From: a bacterium
GTDB taxonomy: Bacteria; Hinthialibacterota; Hinthialibacteria; Hinthialibacterales; Hinthialibacteraceae
DNA length: 64,000 bases
Assembly: GCA_963662285.2 (NCBI GenBank)
Contig: CAXXMV010000001.1
Coordinates: 320,001 to 384,000 of the forward strand
Direction: 5' to 3'
Each line of letters starts with the position of its first letter. The stretch's first letter is position 1. The position numbers and the translations under genes are program-made. Shown in pieces: positions 50,359 to 59,400 of this stretch. The notes under the pieces are model-generated. The model was given only the letters and a program-made list of their open reading frames with translations. It made no database searches and had not been told where the DNA came from.

Positions 50359-51447
50359 TTAGAATGAGTTTAATTCGGAATCTCCGTAGTTGGAATCCTC
50401 GGAGATTGGTGATGCGGTCAGTTCAATGAATTTCTCTATGATTGCATTTCTTAATATTTCGATGCCGTCTTTCTGTAGCGCGGATATAGTAAAAATGGAG
50501 TCTAGAGGAATATCAGGATTCGCTTCGCAAAATGTTTGCTTCACCATCTGCAACTCTTCTTCATCATCCAGCAAATCTGTTTTATTGAGGACGATTAAAT
50601 ATGGTCTTTCAATGATAGAGGCGTCGTACTGCTTTATTTCGTGCTGCAAGGCTTTGAATGATTCCACGGGAATAGATGGATCATGAGGCGATATTTCGAT
50701 CACATATATAAGTATCTTGGTACGTTCAATATGGCGCAGAAAATCAAGTCCTAATCCGATTCCTGCATGAGCGCCTTCAATAATTCCAGGTATATCAGCA
50801 ATTATTAAACTCTCTCCATCGAGTAGAGTTATTGTGCCTAGAATGGGCTGAAGGGTGGTGAATGGATAATTGGCTATACGCGGTCGGGCGCGGGTTACGG
50901 TAGATATAAGAGTTGATTTCCCCGCATTGGGCAGGCCAATAAGACCCACATGGGCTACCATTTTCAGTTCGACAACAACAGTTAATTCTTCACCAGGCTT
51001 GCCCTCAGTTGATTTTCTGGGCGCTTGATTGGTGGAGGTGGCGTAACGCGCATTACCTCTGCCGCCATGTCCTCCCTGAGCGATAACGGCGGTATCCCCG
51101 GCATCCTCCATATCAACGATCATATCTCCGGTCTCTTCATTTATGACAATTGTTCCGGGAGGAACTTCGAGGATAATATCTTCTCCGTAAGCGCCTGAGC
51201 GTTTGTTAGGGCCGCCTTTTTGGGCATTTTCAGCTTTATAAGACGGTTGGCTGTGCAACTTCTCCAGAGTATTCATGCCTGGATTTATGCGAAACAATAT
51301 CGAACCGCCGTCGCCGCCATCGCCTCCGTCCGGACCGCCCATGGGGACGTATTTCTCATGACGAAACGAGGTAATCCCATCGCCTCCGTCTCCAGCTTTA
51401 AGACGAAGCCTGATCCGGTCAATAAATGAATTTTCAAAATGAGCCAT
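50359..51447 (-). CDS. obgE: GTPase ObgE
   Basis: GGPDGGDGG, GLPNAGKST, YPFTT, DIPG, NKTD. Confidence 0.97.
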   Translation of the reverse strand: MAHFENSFIDRIRLRLKAGDGGDGITSFRHEKYVPMGGPDGGDGGDGGSILFRINPGMNTLEKLHSQPSYKAENAQKGGPNKRSGAYGEDIILEVPPGTIVINEETGDMIVDMEDAGDTAVIAQGGHGGRGNARYATSTNQAPRKSTEGKPGEELTVVVELKMVAHVGLIGLPNAGKSTLISTVTRARPRIANYPFTTLQPILGTITLLDGESLIIADIPGIIEGAHAGIGLGLDFLRHIERTKILIYVIEISPHDPSIPVESFKALQHEIKQYDASIIERPYLIVLNKTDLLDDEEELQMVKQTFCEANPDIPLDSIFTISALQKDGIEILRNAIIEKFIELTASPISEDSNYGDSELNSF

Positions 51448-51601
51448 TCTTTTTTTATGCGCCTGTTCTTGTTTTTATAATTTCCATTGATGGTTATCAT
51501 ATCTGTTTGTTTTTCCTGAGGAAGGACGATGACTTTTACCAATGGCAATTCTAAAATAGCATGACGCATCATTCCCGATCAAGAATAAGGTTAAAACCGA
51601 T

Positions 51602-52249
51602 ATGTCAGATTATGCTGATCAATTGATTGATCCCCGGCATCCTGAGGGGATGTTCGATTTCCTGCGTCCCTGCGCTGAAAGCCAATTATTGGCTGATTTC
51701 GTCCATATAAACGCCGGAGATCACGTCTTGGATATTGGATGCGGCAGCGGCTATTTGACATTGTTTCTGGCATGGCGCTTCCCGCAATGCAACACAGTAA
51801 CCGGCGTAGACATCAATCAGGATTTGATTATGCAAGCGGAGAAGAATAATCAGATCATCCAGCAGCGCATCAAACATAACTCTCCTGAAATCCATTTTAT
51901 CGCTGCAGATGCAACTGTAATGACTGACATTGATCATCATTTTGATGTTTTAGTTAGCAATCCGCCATTTTTCAATGCTGAGGCGGGTCGCATCGCCGAA
52001 TCGCAACAGCGTCGTCAGGCCAGACAAGATGTGACTTTGACATTGGAAGATTTATTGCAATGCGCGGCCCGGTTATTAAAAGATAATGGACGCTTTTACA
52101 TGGTCATACCATCAATACGCATCAGTGAACTCGAAAACACTATACATGACGGGGGCATGAGCATCCATGATATCCGCTCATGCCCTGATATCCGTAAACG
52201 GTCCGGCGGGATTAGTTTGGTTGAGATTATCAATCGAGCACGGTCTTAA
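51602..52249 (+). CDS. TrmN6/YfiC-like adenine-N6 RNA methyltransferase
   Basis: [25 protein letters not shown]. Confidence 0.75.
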   Translation: MSDYADQLIDPRHPEGMFDFLRPCAESQLLADFVHINAGDHVLDIGCGSGYLTLFLAWRFPQCNTVTGVDINQDLIMQAEKNNQIIQQRIKHNSPEIHFIAADATVMTDIDHHFDVLVSNPPFFNAEAGRIAESQQRRQARQDVTLTLEDLLQCAARLLKDNGRFYMVIPSIRISELENTIHDGGMSIHDIRSCPDIRKRSGGISLVEIINRARS

Positions 52250-53165
52250 AGTACTCAATTGTTTTAGCAAGCCCGTCACGCAGGCTGACTTGCGGCTCCC
52301 ACTTTAGATACTCTTTGGCTTTGCTGATATCCGGCTGGCGTACTTTAGGATCATCTTCGGGTAGATCATTATATTCAATGACGCTCTTTGATCCGGTCAA
52401 TTCCAACACCAATTCGCCCAATTGCTTAACCGTCATTTCAAAAGGATTCCCGATATTAACTGGAAAGTTTATATCGGATTCCAATAGCCTGATTATGCCT
52501 TCCACCTCATCGGATACAAAGCAGAACGAGCGCGTCTGGCTGCCGTCTCCAAAAACGGATAGAGGCTTGTTTTGCAGGGCTTGAGTGATGAAAGTGGAAA
52601 CCACCCGCCCATCCATGACCCGCATACGCGGTCCATAAGTATTGAAAATGCGCACGATGCGCGTTTCAACGTTGTGATAGCGGTGATATGCCATTGTCAT
52701 GGCCTCAGCAAAGCGCTTGGCTTCATCATAGACGCCGCGAGGACCAATAGGATTAACGTTGCCCCAATACTCCTCCTGTTGAGGATGGATCAAGGGGTCG
52801 CCGTATACTTCTGAAGTTGACGCAATGAGAAACCGGGCGTTCTTCTCTTTGGCCAATCCCAAGGCTTTATGCGTACCCAAAGAGCCGACTTTCAGGGTTT
52901 GGATAGGCAGTTTCAAATAATCAATCGGGCTGGCTGGAGACGCGAAATGTAGAATATTATCAATCTCGCCGGGGATATGAATGTAATTGGTAACATCCTG
53001 ATTAATGAATAAAAATCCTTCTTGTCCGAACAAATGCTCGATGTTCCTTAAATCTCCAGTAATGAGGTTATCCATACAGATAACTTCATGTCCACGTTTC
53101 AACAGCGCATCGGCTAAATGAGACCCTAAAAAACCGGCGCCGCCGGTAATCAATGTACGAGGCAT
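52230..53165 (-). CDS. UDP-glucuronate decarboxylase (UDP-xylose synthase) family
   Basis: [43 protein letters not shown]. Confidence 0.93.
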   Translation of the reverse strand: MPRTLITGGAGFLGSHLADALLKRGHEVICMDNLITGDLRNIEHLFGQEGFLFINQDVTNYIHIPGEIDNILHFASPASPIDYLKLPIQTLKVGSLGTHKALGLAKEKNARFLIASTSEVYGDPLIHPQQEEYWGNVNPIGPRGVYDEAKRFAEAMTMAYHRYHNVETRIVRIFNTYGPRMRVMDGRVVSTFITQALQNKPLSVFGDGSQTRSFCFVSDEVEGIIRLLESDINFPVNIGNPFEMTVKQLGELVLELTGSKSVIEYNDLPEDDPKVRQPDISKAKEYLKWEPQVSLRDGLAKTIEYFKTVLD

Positions 53166-53268
53166 TCTTTTCTCCATTTTTAATTTTGATGATCCAACAG
53201 TTCTGATAGCATATATAAACAATAACAATAATTAAACGATTAAAAAGCCTGATAGTTATTCACTAGTT

Positions 53269-54048
53269 TTAATCAAACTTATATTCCGTCCGTATATCAG
53301 ATAGCGCCGGGAACTGCTGACGGTACTTAACCAGCGCCGGGTAATCCAATTCTGCATGGATTACAGTCTCTTCACTCTGCGCATCAGCGATAACGACGCC
53401 CAGGGGATCAATTATCTGGCTTCGACCAGAATAAGTATGCTCAGGATCATTTCCACAACGGTTTACGCCGATGATATAAGCCTGGTTCTCGATAGCCCTC
53501 GCCCTTAACAGAGCCATCCAATGCTCTTCACGGGCCTCAGGCCAGCAGGCCATTACTACATACATATCAGCGCCTAGTTGAACTGAATGCCGGAAGATTT
53601 CAGGAAACCGCAGATCATAGCAAAGAAAAGGCGCGACAGTGAAATCGCCCCACGGAAATAATGCGATCTTGTCGCCTGGATTATAGTAATCAGTCTCCCG
53701 CGCAAACGAAAAGGGATGCAACTTGCAGTATCGAGCTATTCTGTTACCTGCGGGATCAATTACTGAGGCGACGTTTTTTCCACGATCATCTGAAGCCAGA
53801 GTAACCAGTCCGCCGATGACGGTGGATTGGCGTCGTTTAGCCGTTTCACGCAGGAATTGCTCAGTCTCATTATTTTCACTTTCACAAATATCCTTAACAT
53901 TCAAACTGAAACCGGTGGAGAACATTTCTGAAAGAACGATCATGCTGCCCGGTTCGACATTGGCATCATCTAAAAGTTTGGTAACCTTATCGAAATTAGC
54001 CGTTTTATCTTCCCATACAGTATTTAATTGGATTCCATATACATGCAT
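53269..54048 (-). CDS. Carbon-nitrogen hydrolase (omega-amidase YafV/MtnU-like)
   Basis: EMFSTGF, YCKLHPF, CYDLRFPE, ARAIENQ. Confidence 0.9.
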   Translation of the reverse strand: MHVYGIQLNTVWEDKTANFDKVTKLLDDANVEPGSMIVLSEMFSTGFSLNVKDICESENNETEQFLRETAKRRQSTVIGGLVTLASDDRGKNVASVIDPAGNRIARYCKLHPFSFARETDYYNPGDKIALFPWGDFTVAPFLCYDLRFPEIFRHSVQLGADMYVVMACWPEAREEHWMALLRARAIENQAYIIGVNRCGNDPEHTYSGRSQIIDPLGVVIADAQSEETVIHAELDYPALVKYRQQFPALSDIRTEYKFD

Positions 54049-54053
54049 ATTGA

Positions 54054-55223
54054 TTACGCTCCTACTATTTCCTTAAGACCTTGAGTCAATCGGCTTATTC
54101 CTTCAATAGCGGTCTCTTTCTGCAGCGCCCCGTAGGATAAACGAAAATATCCGCTCTCTTTCATGCCAAATGATTGACCGGGCATGACGGCCACGCCATA
54201 TTCCCTTATAAGCCGTTCGGCCAGTTGCATCTCGCTCATTTTGGCATCAACTTTAATTAAAAGATAGAAGGCGCCCTGAGTATGAGCCGCACTGCATAAA
54301 TCGGCAATTTTATCTAATTCTTGTAACATGATACGCCGCACATCGGCTTTATCTGGTAAAAACTTACGGCAGTAAGCTGCGCCAGCCTGCATGGCGCCAT
54401 AAGCGGCGTATTGCGAAACCAGCGGCGGGCAGATCAGAATTGTATCCTGTATCTTTTTGATAGAAACATTCAGGTGCGCCGGATAAACCATATAGCCAAT
54501 CCGCCAGCTGGCGAAACCATAGGCTTTAGAGAGTGAAAAAAGTGATATGGTATGATCGGCGGCTTGCTGCATTGATCCAGGCGAGAAATGCTCGGCGCCG
54601 TCATAAGTAAAATACTCATAGGCTTCGTCATTTATATGGTAAATACCGCGTTCCTGGCATAAGCGGTTTATCTCGCGCAGGGTTGAAGCAGGGTAAACCG
54701 CTCCAGATGGATTATTGGGCGAGACGGAAACCACGGCGCGGGTTTTATCGGTTATAGCGGCATCGATTGCGCCCAGCTCTGCTTGATAATCTACGCTGGT
54801 CTGAGCGTAAACCGGAACACCTCCTGCGATTTGAATGGCCATCTCATGATTGAAATAATAGGGCGTCAACAAGATGATCTCATCTCCGGGATCAGTGATA
54901 GCCAGGACGGCATTCATGAAAGCCATATTACCGCCAGCGGTGACGCAAAACTCCGATGCTCCATTGCCAACTGTTATGTTATTCTCTTTTCTCAATTTAT
55001 CTTTAATGAGTTGACGCAGCTGAGGGATTCCTTCTACGGCGTGATATTTATGGTTTTCTGGATTCTTCAAAAACTGTTCTATCTGATCAATGGCCTGCTG
55101 AGGCGGCCCATAATGAACCACTCCCTGACCAAGAGAGATGGTTCCAGGGTGATTTCTGACCATGTCGCCAATGATGGGGATGATCGGCGATTGCACCTGC
55201 TGCATTCGTAGTATTTCTCGCAT
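54054..55223 (-). CDS. Class I PLP-dependent aminotransferase
   Basis: ISLGQG, SPNNPSG, DEAY, SLSKAYGFASWRIG. Confidence 0.92.
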   Translation of the reverse strand: MREILRMQQVQSPIIPIIGDMVRNHPGTISLGQGVVHYGPPQQAIDQIEQFLKNPENHKYHAVEGIPQLRQLIKDKLRKENNITVGNGASEFCVTAGGNMAFMNAVLAITDPGDEIILLTPYYFNHEMAIQIAGGVPVYAQTSVDYQAELGAIDAAITDKTRAVVSVSPNNPSGAVYPASTLREINRLCQERGIYHINDEAYEYFTYDGAEHFSPGSMQQAADHTISLFSLSKAYGFASWRIGYMVYPAHLNVSIKKIQDTILICPPLVSQYAAYGAMQAGAAYCRKFLPDKADVRRIMLQELDKIADLCSAAHTQGAFYLLIKVDAKMSEMQLAERLIREYGVAVMPGQSFGMKESGYFRLSYGALQKETAIEGISRLTQGLKEIVGA

Positions 55224-55382
55224 TATGAACCTTCCATATTGTTTACAGAGTTAGAACATCATATCCGGTCATCAGCAGAAATTCAAAGGAATCGCCTTTG
55301 CCCCTGCTCGATGCTAAACTGATTCATAATAGTTTACTGTTACTATCTGTGGTTGGACGATTCCAGAAAAAATATCTCTATT

Positions 55383-56354
55383 ATGACAAAAAAAGATATA
55401 CGCCTTTATAACATGGATTGCATAGAGGGCTGCCAAAAGCATATCGCTGACGCCTCAGTCGATCTGATCATTACTGATCCCCCTTATGGCATCAACGGCG
55501 ACTCACTGCATAAGCATTACAACCGCAAAGAGAATTTTGTGCTTGATGGTTATATCGAGGTTCCAGAGAAGGAATATGCCGCATTCAGCGAACAATGGAT
55601 CAAGCAGGCGGAGAGGATACTACGTCCAGGCGGTTCGATTTACATCGTTTCCGGCCACACCAACCTGATCCATATCCTGAATGCTCTGCGTAAAACCAAG
55701 TTGCAGGAAATAAATCACATCATTTGGAAATATAATTTCGGGGTCTATACCAGGCAAAAATACGTAACCTCTCATTACCACATTCTCTACTATTGCAAAC
55801 CGGGCGGCGCCCGAACATTCAATACTCTTTGCAGGTTTGGCTCATTAGAAAAGAACGGGAATAATGGCTCTCTTAACTATCTTGACCGGGAAGACGTCTG
55901 GATTATCAACCGTGAATACCAACCGGGCAAAATCAAGAACAAAAACCAATTACCCTCTGCACTACTGCAAAAAATGATCTTATACAGCAGCAATGAGTCA
56001 GACGTAGTCTGCGATCTTTTTCTCGGTGGATTCTCCACTGCTAAAACAGCTATAGGCTTAAACCGAATGGCCTGGGGCTTTGAATTAAGCAAGACGGCTT
56101 TTGATCATGGCAAAAAAGAGACCGCAAAAGTAAGGCGGGGAAACTTATTAAAGACTCTGCAACTCCCTGAAAAAGAATCACATGCCAACCAGGGCAAGCC
56201 TTGGACTGATACAGATTTCGAAGCATTAGCAGCGCGTTATGATTTCTTCTATGAGAAGCACAAAACCAAGAGAAAAGCTATTGATGAACTATCCCAAGAA
56301 CTAGGACGTGGATATTTCGCCATCCTCAACGCATTAAAAAAAATTGGGCGTTAA
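55383..56354 (+). CDS. Orphan beta-class DNA amino-methyltransferase with C-terminal Myb/HTH-like tail
   Basis: ITDPPY precedes DLFLGGFST; tail GKPWTDTD...IDELSQELGRGYFAI. Confidence 0.85.
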   Translation: MTKKDIRLYNMDCIEGCQKHIADASVDLIITDPPYGINGDSLHKHYNRKENFVLDGYIEVPEKEYAAFSEQWIKQAERILRPGGSIYIVSGHTNLIHILNALRKTKLQEINHIIWKYNFGVYTRQKYVTSHYHILYYCKPGGARTFNTLCRFGSLEKNGNNGSLNYLDREDVWIINREYQPGKIKNKNQLPSALLQKMILYSSNESDVVCDLFLGGFSTAKTAIGLNRMAWGFELSKTAFDHGKKETAKVRRGNLLKTLQLPEKESHANQGKPWTDTDFEALAARYDFFYEKHKTKRKAIDELSQELGRGYFAILNALKKIGR

Positions 56355-56358
56355 AAGG

Positions 56359-56390
56359 AAACGGGAACGCTTAAACTCGTTCCCGTTTTT
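56359..56390. terminator. Bidirectional intrinsic terminator
   Basis: AAACGGGAACG-cttaaact-CGTTCCCGTTTTT between convergent genes. Confidence 0.8.
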
Positions 56391-56423
56391 ATTGTTGGCC
56401 AAAACCAAACCTACATTATGTTT

Positions 56424-59400
56424 CTAGGGTTCAATCCATTCCAAAAATTTAACCGGGCCTTTATGGCTGAATGGTCCATCATTCGATCCGTCTGAAAAGA
56501 GAATATATAAATAGAACTGATATGATTTTCCGAATTCAGGTCCATTCCAATACTTGGGATTTATCTTGGGAGCGTTAACTTTCCACTCATAGAAGTCTAC
56601 GTTAGCGCTTGCCGTACGTCCCAGATATTCGGGATTGCCGCCATTAACCGAAATATATATATGATAATCGGTTACATCTTCATAAGCGAAATTCCACCGA
56701 ATCACCAGGTCGCGGTTACTGCCGATATCATAGTCTTCTCCATTGCTGAGACCGATGAAGTCATGAGTATGATCCGCCACAATCATGCTATTTGGAGCTA
56801 TACGCGGCGTTGGAGTTACCGTTGGAGTCGGCGTTACAGTCGGTATAGGGCTTCCTTCTGCTTCATATAAAACGATGCTATCAGTACGAATCAACGCCGT
56901 AGACAGGTCTTGTCTTATACCAAATACTGAAAAACTGTACTGCGACCCGAATTGCGGACCTTGTAGAAACATCGGAGATATCCCTGATCCGTTTTCGCGC
57001 CATTCCATAGAAGTAATGTCTCCGCTGCCTGTACGGGCCAGGAAGAAATCTACCGAACCTTGAACGCTGACGTATACATGATAGTCTATCATTCCTTCTT
57101 CGGAGAAGTTCCAATGAATAGCCAGGGCGCGATCAGACTCTTCGTCCTTATCATATAGCCCAACCAGATTTTCATTCGATCCAAAATCATCCGTTACATA
57201 AACTTTATTATCCGGAACAAAGAAATTAACTGGCGTATTGGTGGGTGTTGGCGTAGCCGTAGCCGTGGCCGTAGGCGTCGGCGTCGGATTAAAAGAACTT
57301 TGATAGAACATTTCATCCTCGGCAATGAGAGATGTGAAAGGAGCGCCTTCTTTCAAACCAAAGATAATGAAAAGATACCGGTTGCCGAACTGCGGTTCCA
57401 GCCAATCCAGATAACTTATGTCCGAAGTTCCGGTTCGCCCGATATAGTTAGGATCACCGTCATTGATTTTAACATATACATGATAATCAATTACATCAGG
57501 ATCAACCATATTCCAACGAATAGTAAGAGAACGTTGGTTAGCTGCATCCTGATCGAATGATCCAATCAGGTTTTCTGTAGACCATAGATTATCCGTTACA
57601 ACAATTGAATTTTCCGGAACGTCAAAAATAACCGAACCCACTGTCGGAGTTGGAGTGGGCAACTCTGCTGTCTGATAAAAAACTCTTTTCTTGGTTGTGA
57701 GTGGAACTGACGCAGCGCCATCAATGATGGCGTAAACCTGGAAAGAATAGAAGTTGCCGAATTGCGGTTCAGTCCAATTGAAGAATTTTATTTCTGGATT
57801 CCTTGATTGTCCGATAAATACGGGGTCACCATTGTTGGTGCGAACATAGACATGGTAACTCAAGATATTTTCGGCCTGGATATTCCATCGAATCGCCAAT
57901 TGACGATTATCAACATCATCAATATCGGTTCCACCCAACAGGTCTTCAGTGGTTTGCAAAGTATCGGTTACATATATGGTATTGGCTGGAACATCTACAG
58001 GTACGGCTGTTGGAGTCGGCGTCGCGGTGAATGTCGGCGTCGGCGTCGCTGTCGGCGTAAAGGTCGGCGTAAGCGTAAAGGTTGGCGTATTGGTAAATGT
58101 AGGAGTCGGCGTATAGGTCGGAGTGAATGTCGACGTCGCCGTTGGAGTAGGAGTAGCGTCAACCGTTTCGGCGATATCCCATATACGCAATGAACCATCA
58201 CTTCCACCGCTCAAAAAACTGCGTCCATTTGGAGCGAAAACAACTGAATTGACGGTTGCATTATGCCCTTTGAATTCATCAAGCACCAACATTTGCTCAA
58301 GATTCCAAAGTTTGATAGTTTCGTCGCCGCTGACCAGAAGCCAAGGTTTAATTGGTGAAAAAGCAACTGCATTAACAACGCCGGGAGTATTAAATGAAAC
58401 AATCAGGTCACGGCTTGCATGATCCCATACATAAACCATGTGATCCGAAAATCCCGCTGCAATTTGAGCGCCATCAATCGACACCGCAACCGAAAGGGCG
58501 GGGATGCCATTGCCTCCCAGGGCGAAAACTGGTTCGCCTGATAACATATTCCATTCAGCAACCATGCCATTATCATCTGCAAGAAGGAAAGTTATCCCGT
58601 CTGGTGAAATTGTCAGGGCGTTTATAGCGGCGGTTTGTTGATCATAAACATTAATCGTTTTGCCGCTGGAAACATCCCACAGGCGCACCGTTTTATCGCT
58701 GCTGCCAGTCAGGATTCGGCTGCCATCCGGAGTAAACGCGACGGCGTCAACACTGCCAGTGTGTCCCAGAAAAATTCGCTTTACTTCACCGCTGCCGGCA
58801 TCCCATAGGACAGCGGTAGTGTCATCGCTTCCAGTTAGCACCTGCGTACCATCAGGCGAATAAGCGATAGCATTAATGGCGCTGTCATGCACTGTATCAA
58901 AAGAACGCAGAATCGCTCCGGTGCTTTCCCGCCATACCCGCACCAGATTATCCACTCCACCCGATGCGATTTGTAATCCATCCGGTGAATATACTGCGGC
59001 ATTAATTCCACTGGTGTGTCCACTAAGAGATTGTACTTTTTGGCCAGTTGATGCATCGAAGACTTGCAGCGAGTTATCATCACCAACAACCGCTACCCGC
59101 GTCCCATTGGGAGAGAAGGACAGAGATAAAACCTTAGCGCTGCCGCTGAGTAAGGTGTGGATAAACTCACCGGAAGTCAAATCGGCCAGTTTGGCGCCGC
59201 CGCTGCCGCCTAGCGCCGCCGTACTGCCATCAGAAGAGAGATCGACAGAATTTACAGAACCGCTTTTGAATGAATTTAATACCGCTCCGGTTTGTATATC
59301 CCATAACTTAGCGGTTGTATCAAGGCTGCCGGTGAATATGGCGTCGCCGCTCGCTGAAAAAGCCACTGATTGCACAGCGCTGCTATGACCGCTGAATGTA

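Noticed and set aside
57995-58207. Arg-rich ORFs over the Pro/Thr linker
   Set aside because: Frame shadows of the PTPT codons
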